Positions 40,797 to 54,705 of a stretch of 64,000 nt of DNA are shown here, piece by piece; within the stretch, counting starts at the first letter, position 1; the number at the start of each line of letters is the position of its first letter. The stretch comes from Octopus sinensis (Eukaryota), in assembly GCF_006345805.1 (NCBI RefSeq), contig NC_043009.1, positions 28,768,001 through 28,832,000 on the forward strand, written 5' to 3'. The notes under the pieces were generated by a model, which made no database searches, was not told where the DNA came from, and worked only from the letters and a program-made list of their open reading frames with translations. A program made the position numbers and the translations under genes.

Positions 40797-41188
40797 GAGG
40801 TGCCGAGTGGCTGTGTGTTAAGTAGCTTGCTTACCAACCACATGGTTCCGAGTTCAGTCCCACTGCGTGGCTCCTTGGGCAAGTGTCTTCTGCTATAGTT
40901 TCGGGCTGACCAAAGCCTTATGAGTGGATTTGGTAGATGGAAAATTGAAAGAAGCCCGTCGTATGTATATATGTATGCATGTATATGTTTGTGTGTCTGT
41001 GTTTGTCCCTCCCACATCACGCAACAACCGATGCTGGTGTGTTTACGTCCCGTCACTTAACAGTTCGACAAGAGAGACCGATACCATCAGTACTAGGCTT
41101 ACAAGGAATAAGTCCTGGGGTCGATTTGCTCAACTAAAGGCAGTGCTCCAGCATGGTCACAGTCAAATGACTGAAACAAATAAAAGAA
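40797..41188 (+). mobile_element. tRNA-derived SINE, family 1 (near full length)
   Basis: A box TGGCTGTGTG.TAAG, B box GAGTTCAGTCCC, internal TA/TG tract, and tail GCTCCAGCATGGTCACAGTCAAATGACTGAAACAAATAAAAG. Confidence 0.9.
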
Positions 41189-41900
41189 TGTTGATGATGA
41201 TGATGATGATGACTATGATACTGATGATGATTATGATGACTATTATAATGGTGCTGAGGCAGCTGATGATAGCTAAGCTTCTTTCAGTTTGCATTTACCA
41301 GATCCACTCACATGGCTTTTGTTAATTCAGGGCTGTATTAGAAGAAAACACTTGACTGAGTAGTTGATATGCTGTGGGATTGAACCTAAAACCCACATCA
41401 TTCCAAAGTTAACTTCTTAACTGCACAACCATGTCTGTGCCTTGTGTTAATGTTTTTGTAAAATTAAATCGCTCAATGATTCACTTATTATTCCCCAGCT
41501 TTCGGGGAGGGGGGGGCAATAAAATAAGTATCAATCAGCGTTTGGTATTGATTAAATCATCTAAATCTCTTTGTTAAACTAAAATATGTAACCTTGTGCC
41601 AAACTTAAAAATCAATATCATCATCATCATCATCATCATCATCATTGTTATCGTCATCATCACAGTCATCATTATCATCATCATCATCGCGATCGTTATC
41701 GTCATCATCATCATCATCATCATCATCATTATTTGTTAAAGACAAATTAATTTTGGATTTTCACAAATTTATATTGACACCTTAACATTTATTTTTTTAC
41801 TGACTGTTTTTTTTATTTTCAAATCTCTAGGAATCAACTTCATTATAATTCCTCCCTCAATAACAACAACAATAACAACAACAACAATAATAATAGCAAC

Positions 41901-42008
<108 letters not shown>

Positions 42009-43270
42009 TTAATAATAATAAAAATAATGATAATAATAATAATAACGATAACAACAATAATAATAGTAATAGTAATAATAACAACAACAACAACACAAGT
42101 AAAATAAATATACAAATCAATATGTAAAAACTCCCCCTCCCCTCACCTCTTCTGTTTGACCTGTCTACCTTCCAAAAATTATGATAACCACAAATTTGAT
42201 TCTTTATAATATTTTCTCATTTTGTTAATCTATAGAATATTAATCTTTTATGTCAATGATCGTGGCTTGGCCAACGATGTTTAAATAGTGAGCTTTGCGT
42301 ATTGCTTACATAGGAGATAAGCAGCTGCTATAACAAACATTGTGTTTTGGTTTGTTTTTCTTTAACAAGTTGTTTGTTTCTTGATTTATTTATTAGTTTA
42401 TCAAATTTTATCTGCCACAACTTAGATTCAATATGTAAATACGATACATTTGATTCCGTTGTGTAATCTTCTTTACACACCTGACAGATATATATGCCAA
42501 AATCTTCATGTTTTTTGCAATAAAATGAAAACAGGAGAGTAAAATGAAAAAAACCTCAAAAAAATTTCTGTAAGGATATTGGTACCACTAAGACTGGCAG
42601 CAATAGCAGCAGTAATAGTAGTAGTAGTAGCAGTAGTAGCAGTAGCAGTAGAAGCAGTGGTAGTAGGAGGATTTGGAGAGAGGAGTAGGGAACATGTTAA
42701 ATCAAGGAATAATAATTTCGAGATGCTGTTTCAATCTTTGATAAAATTCTCTCTACTCTAAATTGAGACTAACATACTAGCAAAAGGGACCTGCCCCATG
42801 CAATTTAAAGTTTTGTAGGCTCATCATATGAAGCTAACTCCTCTGGCTTAAGCAGCCAAAGGGAGAAATGGAAGAAATTCCAGATGGCTACAATAGATTG
42901 ATCTACAATGGATTGAAAACCTACCACAGCATCAGCAGCAACCAAAGATTAATCTGTCAAATCTATCAGATTTCTTTATTTGGCAAAGTTCAATAATGTT
43001 TTTAAATCAATGTTAATTAGGGAAATATTCTTATACACAGGGGCTTCTGTGTAGTTGTATGACCTGGTAGAAATTTCAACAAAATCTCTTACCACCTTAA
43101 TAAAAAAAAAAGCAAACGATTGATCAGGATGGGTCACATGATATTACTGAGTTTTGTGTTGATAATTCTGTGGCATCAAAATACATCAAGTAGGAGTCCC
43201 AATTTTGCATTTCTGTGACTGATGCAGTTGGACAGGATGTTGGTGCTACTTTGATGCCTGGGTGATATAC

Positions 43271-43478
43271 TTTTACTCTTTTACTTGTTTCAGTTATTTG
43301 ACTGTGACCATGCTGGAGCACTGCCTTTAGTCGAGTAAATCGGCCCCAGGACTTATTCTTTGTAAGCTTAGTGCTTCTTCTATCGGTCTCTTTTGCCAGA
43401 CCACTAAGTTATGGGGATGTAAACACACCAGCATCGGTTGGTAAGTGATGTTGGGGGTACAAACACAGACACACAAAC

Positions 43479-43538
<60 letters not shown>

Positions 43539-43697
43539 CAGGCTTCTTTTCAGTTTCCGTCTACCAAATCCACTCACAAGGCTTTAGTCAGCCCGAGGCT
43601 ATAGTAGAAGACACTTGCTCAAGGTGCCACGCAGTGGGACTGAACCTGGAACCATGTGGTTTGTAAGCAAGCTACTTACCACACAGCCACTCCTATG
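43271..43697 (-). mobile_element. tRNA-derived SINE, family 1 (near full length)
   Basis: Reverse-complement homologue of 40797-41188 over its whole length. Confidence 0.9.
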
Positions 43698-44092
43698 CCT
43701 ATTAAAACAAAATATGGATGAGAATCTTAAATGGCACTCACTTTGGCCAATAGCTGCCCAATCTACTGTGGCCATCTTGGACTGCTTCCATTTCTCCATT
43801 CAGTCACCTATGGCTGAGGAGCTAGATATGTGTGATGAGACTACAAAATGTAAAGATTCTCGGAGCTGAAACAAACTGTTATTAAATACTGACATATATA
43901 GTTGTTCAGTAAGTTTTCATAAGCCAGAAAACAAAAATGTGATGATTTCAGACCTCCAGTAACAAAGAGCTCAACTTGTTGTTACTTAATGATTGTTACT
44001 TAAACACTTCCATTTTGGAAGCCTCTTCAACATGAAACTATTTTGTAACATAAAACTGTCTCTTATGGGACTACATTTATAATATTATATAA

Positions 44093-44125
44093 ACTAGCAG
44101 GACCCACGATTATTTCACGGAATTA
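44093..44125 (+). mobile_element. possible terminus of a Helitron/Helentron-like non-autonomous element
   Basis: ACTAGCAGGACCCACG...CACGG resembles ACTAGC..CCCG..CG(C/G)G termini. The other end was not identified. Confidence 0.25.
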
Positions 44126-47100
44126 ATGGTAAACTTATTGGGTTACTTCTGAAAACTTTATCCAAGAAAACCTGAAAGCGTAGCTAGTGTTGTCTTCTAC
44201 TCATTGAAAAGTGAAAGAAATTGGAATACGATGATTACTTAATGCACTTTATATGTACACTTTACATACTTTATGCACAATTTTATAGACTTTAATACAC
44301 AGCATAAAGTAAGAATTCACTTTTGTTTTCCCATTTTCTCATAAACAAAAACAACATCGCTATACATATGATACAACCTTTAGTTAAATTGTATACATCT
44401 GCCATGTAAATAAGTATGAATATTTCACAGAATTGCACTTATGCACATACATTGATTGGTGATATAAAGAAAACTTTTCTTTACGAAATACACTTTTCGC
44501 TATACACTCCCCACCACCACCACTGCTACCATATTCTCATTTGTCATTAGTGTATGGGAGATCGATAGGTACTTTGTCTTCTGATTAACAATTCACACAC
44601 ACACATTGCACAATATTTCACATTATTTTTACAATTTTCATTGATTCTTTTTTTTTCTCATTTTATTTCCAAATTATTTCTCTTACATCTCTGCAACATC
44701 ATCAAATGACCGCTGCATACTCAATATAAGTTATTTACATGCATTTAATATAATTATAATTTTATTTGGTAGAAAAGCGGATATTCAAACGAAGAATATA
44801 AACTGGAATTGTATTTCTTGTTTCCTAAATTCTTCGAGAAAATAAAACTAAAAAAAAAATATCTTAGAAAATCTGAAGATTATTCTCATAACAGCTTTCA
44901 GAACTCTGATCCAGAATAACGTTTGTGAAGAAGAAGAACTATCTTATCCAAAGGAAATTGGTTCTTAATATGAAACAAAATATATCTTAGAAGAATTTAT
45001 TCCTTAGTTTTCTGGAAAAACAAGAAAAACAGTTAGAAATTCAGAAATTCTTTGCATGTATTTTACACTGCCAAGTTTTTAAGGACATGGCATCTTAATT
45101 CTATTTGCCTTTTAATTTCTCTGAATGTATGTATACACACACACACACTCACACACACATATATATACATATATATATGTATGTATATATACATATATAT
45201 ATACATATATATACATACACATATATACATACATGTATATTCATATATATATAATATATATACTCATATATATGTGTGAGTGTGTGTGTGTATATATATA
45301 TATACACACACACACATGTGAGCACGTGTGTGTGTCTGTGCGTGTATGAGTATGGTTAATATATAATAAAAATGGCTCAGCACACTTCAAAAATGAATTA
45401 TTGGGTGATACTTGCAGTGGTAGTGATGATGGTGGTGGTAATGGTGGAACTAATGGTAGTGCCAATGTAGAAGCGGTGCTGATGGAAGAATATGATACCA
45501 CTGCACTCAACTTAATTGAAACCAAAACTTCAGCAAACATTCAAAACCCTTCGTCTTACAGTGAAAAACCTTCTTTTCTTCCACTACAGCCAACTGACTG
45601 GATTATGAAGCAAAGTTACTTATAACATCCTTGTGTTTATACAGCAAATAAGGGTTTTTTATTGATTCAATATATATCGAATATGTGCAGTATCAAATTG
45701 AAATAGAGTGGTGGTGGTGGTGATGGGACAAAAGTAGGGGAGGGTTCGTTTATCTAAAATTTTCTCAATAGCATATTAAGAGCATTGAATTAGAGCATGT
45801 TAAACAGAATAGAAAACTGTGGCTATTGAAATAGGACTTGGCAAGATTAATGAGCTCATTGGCGATAACTGTTTGTTTTTGAGATTAGCGTCAAGACAAG
45901 AACATCACTAGTGGCTTTGTGTTGATATATTGGTCGTGATTCACTGTTGGAGTTACATGCACAACAGGAAAATGCATGCATATGCATACACGGGTGTACA
46001 TACATGAATACAAAAATGTGCAACATACAAAGGCACACACACTAATATACAAATGCACATACACACACAAACACACACACTCACTCACATATGTACAAAT
46101 GCACATACACACAAATGTATGGACACAAATGTACAAATGCACATACACACATTTACACACAAGTGCATACACACTAATGTACAAATGCACACATACACAT
46201 ACACTCACACTCACACACAAGTGTACAAATGCACATACACGCACTTACACACAAATGTTCAAATACACACACACAACTGTAAAAATGCACATACACACAC
46301 TTCCACACAAATGTTCAAATACACACACACACACACACACACAAACTAATGCACAAATGCATATACACACACACACACTCTAATGTACAAATGCATACAT
46401 ACACACAAATGCACAGACACAAATGTACAAATGCACATACACACACACTCACACATAAATGCACAGACACATACATACACAATTACATAAATGTATGACA
46501 CACACACACAAATCCATTCAAGCATACACATACATACACATATACAGATGCACGCATGCATACATACAAGAATGTGTGATACATACACAAATACACAAAT
46601 TTACAACACATACACACACACATGTAACTATACAAATGCACATACACAAATACACAAATGTATGATACACGCACATGCATGCAAAAAGACATATCCAAAT
46701 CAAGCAAGTCTCTTCATGTATACACACGCATATACAGATGCACAATAATTTGCACATATAGATGCATAATGCTCAACTGCAGTTACAGATACACATGCAC
46801 AGACGTGTGTATGTTTTTGTACATGCATTTGTGTTTATGCGCATTTGTGTGCATCTGTGAATGTATATGTATGCTCATATGCACTTTTGTTTGTGAATGC
46901 GTGTGTTTGTGTGTGTGTATGCATGAGTATTTATACGTGTATGTGTGTGTTTGTGAATACATGTGTGTGCTTGCATGCATATTCGTAAAGGCATGTGTAT
47001 GTTTGTGTATTTGTATAAGATTTCGTGTTTGTCTATGTACGTGTGTGTGAATGTATCTGTTAATTAGTGTGTGTATGTGTGTGTGTGTAGTTGTGTTTGA

Positions 47101-47157
47101 ATGCTTGCATGTATTTGTGAAGATGTGTTTCATCCTCCTCTTCCTCTTCCTCCTCCT

Positions 47158-47545
47158 CATCATCATTTAACATCTGTTGTCCATGCTGGCATGGGTTGGA
47201 TGGTTTGACTGGGCAGGCATGATAAAAGGCTGCACCAGACTCCAGGTTGATTTGGCATGGTTTTCTATGGCTGGATGGCATTCCTAGCACCAACCATTCA
47301 GAGAGTGTAATGGGTACTACCAGCACGGGTGCTATTTGCATGACACCGGGGTGCATTTACATGACACCAGCATGGGCCAATTTGTGTGACACCAGTATTT
47401 GCCATAACTGCGATCTTGCTCAGATTGACCGGTCTTCTTCTCAAGCATGACATAATGCCAAAGGTCTTGGTCATTGCTTCCATGAGGCCCAACGTTTGAA
47501 AGGAACTCAGCTACTTTGCCTCTGTGGGGCTCAATGCTCAAAAGA
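47158..47545 (-). mobile_element. RTE LINE 3' end
   Basis: Same tail and ORF-end motif (TTGAGAAGAAGACCGGTCAA) as 31303-31860. Confidence 0.75.
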
Positions 47546-47632
47546 ATGTCTGTATGTGTAAATACACTTATGAATGTATGTGTGTTTGTATGTATATTTA
47601 CGTGTGTATGAGGGCTTCTTTGTGTTTGTGAA

Positions 47633-47676
<44 letters not shown>

Positions 47677-48206
47677 GTGAATGTATGAGCATGTTTGTGA
47701 AAGTGTGTACTGTGTATAAATGTGTTCAATTGTAAATATGTGTAAATAAGCACATGTATGGGTGAGAACTTTTATTAATGTACAAGTGTATGTATATATG
47801 TGTGTACTTTTGAGTCTTTGCATATGTTTCTGTGTGTATGTGAGTCTGACTGCAAATGTGCATGTGTTTGTGTGTATGTGTGTGTGACTTTATTTGTGAT
47901 TGCATGTTTGTATGTGTTTATGAATACATGTGTCTGTACATAAATGTTTGTGTATGGATAAAAATACGTTTTTACATATTTCTGTGTGTGTGTGTGTCTT
48001 GTGTGAAAACGTGTGTCTGTATGAACATATATGTAAGTACATGTGTGTACGTGTGTCTCTATCTATCAATTCCCATTTGTGAATGTGAGCACTTGAGAAA
48101 TAAGGGTGAATACGAAAATGTATGTGAATGATAGTGTGTGTGTGTGCGTGTGTGTGTTTATGTGTGTTTACGTGAGTGTGTATTTATGTATATGTGTGTT
48201 TATGTT

Positions 48207-48241
<35 letters not shown>

Positions 48242-48699
48242 CAGTGATCCTTATCAGTGATAACGCAAAGCAGTCTGCATTTGAAAGCTATTAAAAACCA
48301 ATTGAAACACAAAGTTTATCTTTTATAATAATTTCGCTGATAACCACCATTGCAGTTGTTATTTAACCCCAGGTCATTCCTGATCAGGCTCAGGATCCAA
48401 AAAGAGATAGTCAAACTATGACCATCCAAGTTTCATTACCTTTTAATTTCAGATACAGTGTAACTGGGCTACAATTAGAAAAAAGACAATGGTAGGGTGC
48501 CACATGAAGAATATCTGGCTTCTATTTCTAGCATATCGATTGACCACATAAAGGCTCCTTGACAAGGTTGTCATAACTGAAGTATTTGTTAATGGTGTGT
48601 TAAGTTTGATAATCTGAGATTAATAGCAAAACATTACACCACACCATGATTAGAAATTATCATGGAAATCACTAAGTTAAAGATAATTGGTTACAAACA

Positions 48700-48925
48700 G
48701 GTGTAGCTGTGTGGTAAGAAGCTTGCTTGCCAACCACATGGTTCCAGGTTCAGTCCCACTATGCATGGTGGCATCTGGGACAAACGTCTTCTACCATAGT
48801 CCCAGGCTGATAAAATATTTGTGAATGGATTTGGTTGACAGAAACACGGTTGCTTTGTTTGGCTAAACCTTTCAAGGTGATGCCCCAGCATGGCCACAAT
48901 CCACTGACTGAAACACGTTAAGAAT
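48700..48925 (+). mobile_element. tRNA-derived SINE, family 1 (internally deleted)
   Basis: Head TAGCTGTGTGGTAAGAAGCTTGCTTGCCAACCACATGGTTCCAGGTTCAGTCCC and tail CCAGCATGGCCACA...GACTGAAAC. Confidence 0.75.
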
Positions 48926-49439
48926 TAAAAATTGCATAGAATTGACACAGTGCTATACTTTATTTATATATCATTCTATCCTGTTGGATTCGGCATTTTG
49001 ACTTCTCTTCATCGCAACACGTTCTTTCTGTTACTGTTTTCATAGAGCGATGAAAAATGGAGGAAAAAAGAGAAGAAAATTGAGAAGAAACTTGTGAAAG
49101 GTAAGACATAGAATGTGGAATCCAATACTTTTTTTGCCAATGATACACCACAAGCAAATCAAAATGCTCAATCACAACTATGGAATAATGGTTTCAAATT
49201 TTGACACAAGGCCAGCAATTTCAAAGGCAGGAGTAAGTCAATTACATCCATTCCACTGGTACTTATTCTATTGATCCCCAAAAGGATGAAAAGCAAAGCT
49301 GACCTAGGTGGAATTTGAACTCAGAATGTAAGGACAGTCTGAATGCTATGAAATATGCTGTCTCCATGTGCAGTCTTCCTGTGCCGACAAAGTATCTCAA
49401 CAGGCATGATAGAGCAACACAATATATATATATATTCAC

Positions 49440-50152
49440 TGGGTAACTTGGAAAGATTTGGTCCTGCCCCATAATAAAAACTGGTGGGAACACAAACCAC
49501 CTCCAGTGCTTGAAAATAACCACATCTCACTCCTTTGGAACTTTACTCTTCAAACTGACAGAAAGATAGATGCAAATAGGCCAGAAATTATATTGAAATA
49601 CTTCAGAAAAAATCATGCCTCCTCATTGATATGACTGTCCCAAATGACATAAATGTATCTGTCAAGACCTGCCAAAAACTGAGCAAGTATAAAGATCTTG
49701 AAATAAAAATTGGCAAAATGTGGAACCTCAAGACTAAAACAATACCTGTTGTCATAGGTGCCCTAGGAATGATAGAAAAAGGGGCTGATTGCTATCTAGT
49801 TCAGATACCAGGAAATCCAAAAAGGAAGAAATTTTTAAATATAGTACTCATGGGAACTTCCCTTATCCTGCAAAAAATATTGTCTACATAATCCCCAAAA
49901 TATTTAAATCCGTAAACAGTGTCAAAATACTTTTAAGTATACATAACAACAAACACCATTTATTGTCACCTTAATATTAGACTAGCATCTTACTTCTGTT
50001 TTCTCACAGAGTATCATTCCTCTAGACCAATACTCTGTGCAAAACCAAATATATGGCATGCAAGTCATACTTGAACTTCTAACTTGTCTGTTGAGGTCTC
50101 TGGGTGAGACTTGGAGTCAACTTGTAAAAATTCAAAACAAAAGTCAAACATA
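49440..50152 (+). mobile_element. Dong/R4-clade LINE 3' fragment (family B), RLE domain
   Basis: Reads WWEHKPPPVLENNHISLLWNFTLQTDRKIDANRPEI ... LIDMTVPND.NVS.K..QKLSKYKDLEI...W..KT..IPVVIGALG. Ends at a TAA-rich tract. Confidence 0.85.
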
Positions 50153-50196
50153 TATTCATAGTAATATTATTAATAATAATAATAATAATAATAATT

Positions 50197-52331
50197 ATTC
50201 ACTGCAGTGATATCGCAAAGGCTGAACAAGCACCTGGACGAAAACAAACTGTTCCCAGAAGAGCAGAAAGGATGCCACAAAGGCTCATATGGCTGAAAAG
50301 ATCAACTAATGATTAATAAAGCCGTAACTGAAGACAGCCACAGAAAGAAGAAAGGCCTCAGTATGGCCTGGATTGACTACAAAAAGGCGTTTGATAGCAT
50401 CCCCCACACATGGATCCTCGAAACACTAACCATTAACAAAGTAGCACCAACAATCATAAAATTCATAGAGCACTCTATGAATAAATGGCAAACAGTCCTA
50501 CACCTCCAAACAAAAGAGGGACTCATGAAAACCAAAGACATCCCCATTAGAAGAGGAATATTCCAGGGAGACACGCTCTCTCCACTCCTTTTCTGCTTGG
50601 CACTGTCACCTCTATCTGATATGCTAAATAGATCTGGATGCAGATATAAATGTTACGGCAAAACGATCAGCCACCTTTTATATATGGATGACCTAAAACT
50701 ATACGCTGCAAATGACAAACAGCTGGAAACACTATTAAAGACAGTTCATGGATTTACCAAAGAAATAGATATGAAATTTGGATTAGAAAAATGCGCCAAA
50801 GTAACCATGAAAAGAGGAAAACTAGTTAAGAGTAACAACATCACACTAGATAAAACCAATGAAATAAAAGAATTAGACCAAAGCCAAACTTACAAATACT
50901 TAGGAATCCATGAACTAGATAAGACACAACACACACAAATGAAAGAGAAAATAAAAAAGAATATTATAGACGAGTTAGATCAATACTAAAAACAGAGCTC
51001 AATGCTAAAACAAGATAATAGGTATCAACACTTTAGCTGTCCCAGTTATAAGTTACAGCTACAATATCCTTAACTGGACACGAAATGAACTGTCCAAAAT
51101 AGATAGGAAAACAAGAAAAATACTGACAGGAGCTAGGGTGCATCACCCAAAATCTGACATAGAAAGACTATATATACAACGTATAGAAGGTGGTAGAGGC
51201 CTTATACAGCTGGAAAACTACTATAAAATAACCACCATAGGACTGCAAAAATATCTACTTCAGAAGGAAGGAAACTGATCCAGATAGCAGCAAAACACGA
51301 GCAAAACAAAAACTGTTCTCAGTATTTAAGGAAGCTGACAAATACAAACAAGAAATCATACCACCTAATAAACAAAGAAGAAGAAGAAAAGATGATGAAG
51401 AAACAACAAAAGCTATAAAACAAATGAAATCCAAACTAAAAATAGAACAGCAACGAACCATGATAAAACGATGGCAAGAAAAGCCCCTTCATGGTAAATA
51501 CTGGACTAAACTAAATGCAAAAGAATAGACAAAGAAAAATCCCAGCAATGGTTGAGAAGCTCAGGACTCAAAGCAGAAACAGAGGGATTTTTAATTGCAG
51601 CACAAGACCAAAGCCTCCCCACCAGAAATTACCAAAAACATGTAATGAAAATAAATATAACAAGTAACTGCAGAATATGTGGAGATGGAAAGAAACAATA
51701 AATCATATTATCTCTAGCTGCCCAGTCCTGGCTAAGAAGGAATATATTCACAGACATGACAGAGTTGGAACCTACATACATTGGAAGCTATGCCAACATT
51801 ATGGAATAACAACAGAAAAAAGATGGTATAGGCACACACCAGAAAGGTCACAGAAAACGAGAAAGCAACCATACTCTGGGATATGCCGATACACACAGAT
51901 AGAGAAATTAAGGCCAACAGACCAGCTATAGTTGTCAGAGATCATGAAGAAGAAAAATGCTTTCTAATTGATGTATCAATACCGGCAGATGACAATGTAT
52001 CTCTAAAAGAAATGGAGAAACTCTCAAAATACAAAGACCTGGAAATAGAGGTAACTAGAATGTGGAATCTGAAAACAGAAACAATTCCTGTCATAGTAGG
52101 TGCATTAGGCATGATAAAAAAAATTCAGACAAATACATAACAAAAACACCAGGACTTACAAACACAATATAACATACAGAAAATTGCACTACTAGGCACT
52201 GCACACATCCTACGCAGAACACTTTCCATACAATAACCATCAGAGCATCACAACAAATCACAGCACACATACCCAAGGCACACAGAGCTGCGCTCGGTAG
52301 TGAAGTGAAAGCACGCTATAAAATAAAACTA

Positions 52332-52335
<4 letters not shown>
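50197..52335 (+). mobile_element. Dong/R4-clade LINE (family A), 5'-truncated: RT, CCHC knuckle, RLE
   Basis: RT motifs as in the 37872-40130 copy; CRIC...ETINHIISSC..L..KEYIHRHD; ANRPAIVVRD; IQKIALLGTAHILRRTL. Both flanks are (TAA)n. Confidence 0.95.
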
Positions 52336-52368
<33 letters not shown>

Positions 52369-52583
52369 CTTTCTACCGAAGGCACAAGGCATGACATTTG
52401 GAGGGAAGGAGTTCATTAGTTCCATCAACACCAATGCTTAGCTGGTAGTTTATTACATCATCTAGAACAGAATGAAAGACAAAGTTAACATTGGCAGACT
52501 TTGAACTCAGAATGTAAAGCGCCAGAAGATATGACGGCAGGCATTTTGTCCAATGCAGTAATGATTCCACCAGCTCACCAATA

Positions 52584-52614
<31 letters not shown>

Positions 52615-52648
52615 TGATGATAATAATAATGAAAATAATAATAATATT

Positions 52649-52682
<34 letters not shown>

Positions 52683-53171
52683 TGATGATGATGATGATGA
52701 TATGAATCTAATTATAATTTATATATATATTTTTCTTGCTACCATATTTTCTTTCCTTATATTCAAATTTAATTTTGGCCTCTGCAGACTTATTCAAAGA
52801 ATTATGTCACTTCCATCTGTGATGAATAAAATCTTTTATAAGGATATCATTCAAAGACTTTGATTGGCCATGAAAAGCTATGTTTTCAAAGATTTATATT
52901 AGAGAGAAAAAAAAATGATACAGTATGATGTTTTAAAGGAATATTGCACAGGAAAAAAGAAATTCCACTGAAGTAAGAATTTTGGTATATTCCAAGTCTT
53001 AAACATCAAGGAAAGAAATGAGATTATATAAGAAATGTCATATAAAGAATTTCTTTTATTTGTGGTTTTTTGAGATTTGTAAAAGCTTTGTGAAGAAATT
53101 AAAGCAGCAGAAGAAAATATATTTCACTCAGGGACATGTATTTGTCTAAAACATTTGTACAGCTTGTTAGG

Positions 53172-53249
<78 letters not shown>

Positions 53250-53335
53250 AGTCTGTCTGTCTATCTGTCTGTCTGTCTATCTGTCTGTCTATCTATTTAC
53301 CTGTCTATCTATTTACTTGTCTATCTATCTACCTA

Positions 53336-53390
<55 letters not shown>

Positions 53391-53569
53391 CAAAAATGGG
53401 ACAAGAACACAAAACATCTGGACTGCTAGGTGATACAAAAGGGAGAACAACACATCCAGATAGACAGTACAAAGAAAACAAGGACTGGTCATTCGAAGTT
53501 TTCTTTCTGCAGACAAGCACCAGATTATCCTCAAGTATTTCAGCTGATTATTATTATATATATATAAAA

Positions 53570-53731
53570 AAAGCACCCACTACACTCACGGAGTGGTTGG
53601 CGTTAGGAAGGGCATCCAGCTGTAGAAACATTGCCAGATAAGACTGGAGCCTGGTGCAGCCTTCTGGCTTCCCAGATCCCCGGTCGAACCGTCCAACCCA
53701 TGCTAGCATGGAGAACGGACGTTAACGATGA

Positions 53732-53735
<4 letters not shown>
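53570..53735 (+). mobile_element. RTE LINE extreme 3' end
   Basis: AAGCACCCACTACACTCACGGAGTGG...CCAACCCATGCTAGCATGG...(GAT)n. Confidence 0.8.
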
Positions 53736-53821
<86 letters not shown>

Positions 53822-53859
53822 ATATATATATACATATACATTTACATATACATATACAC

Positions 53860-53998
53860 AGGCATGGCTGTGTGGTAATAAATTTGTTTTTGGGTTCATT
53901 CCCACTGCATGACACTTTAGGCAAGTGTCTTCTATAGCCTTACACTGACCAAAGCCTTGTGAGTGGATTTGGCAGACAGAGACTGGAAGAAGTCTGTC

Positions 53999-54042
<44 letters not shown>

Positions 54043-54247
54043 ATGTTTGTGTGTCTGTGTTTGTCCCCCCACCATTGCTTGACAACTGATGTTGGTGTAT
54101 TTACATCCCTGTAACTTAGTGGTTTGGCAAAACAGACTGATAAAACAAGTAGTAGGCTTACAAAGAATAAATCCTGGGGTCGATTCATTTTGACTAAAGT
54201 TGGTGCTCCAGCATGGTCACAGTCAAATGACTGAAACAAGTAAAAGA
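53860..54247 (+). mobile_element. tRNA-derived SINE, family 1
   Basis: Homologous to 40797-41188. Confidence 0.85.
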
Positions 54248-54297
54248 CAAAAAAGAATAAAAGATATATGCATATGAATGTATGTATATTCTTTGAC

Positions 54298-54490
54298 CTT
54301 TTATTTGTTTCAGGCATTAGACTGTGGCCATGCTGGAGCACTGACTTGAAGAATTTTTGTTTAGTCAAATAAATTGACCTTAACACTTTTTGTAAAGCCT
54401 GGTACTTATTTTATCGGTCTCATTTACCAAACCACGAAGTTACAAGAATGTAAGCTCATCAAAACTAGTTCAAGCAGTCGTGGGAAACAA
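54298..54490 (-). mobile_element. SINE family 1, 3' part, tail-to-tail with the preceding copy
   Basis: Reverse complement of the GCTCCAGCATGGCCACAGTC..ATG.CTGAAACAA.TAAAAG tail. Confidence 0.75.
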
Positions 54491-54521
54491 ATATACACAC
54501 ACACATGCATTTATTTATATG

Positions 54522-54553
<32 letters not shown>

Positions 54554-54705
54554 CAAACACACACACACGCACACAGACACACATATGCATACACACGCTA
54601 AGCAAAGCAATAACAAAAGCAGCAATGAGTCATGAAAGGTGCCTTTTCATTGACGTTGGATTAGCTAAAAGTAGCAGCCAAATATTCCTGAGATTGGGGT
54701 GTAAT

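Noticed and set aside
44780-45050. A-rich coding-like stretch, possibly a Penelope ORF start
   Set aside because: Multiple frameshifts and no diagnostic motif, so it cannot be assigned.
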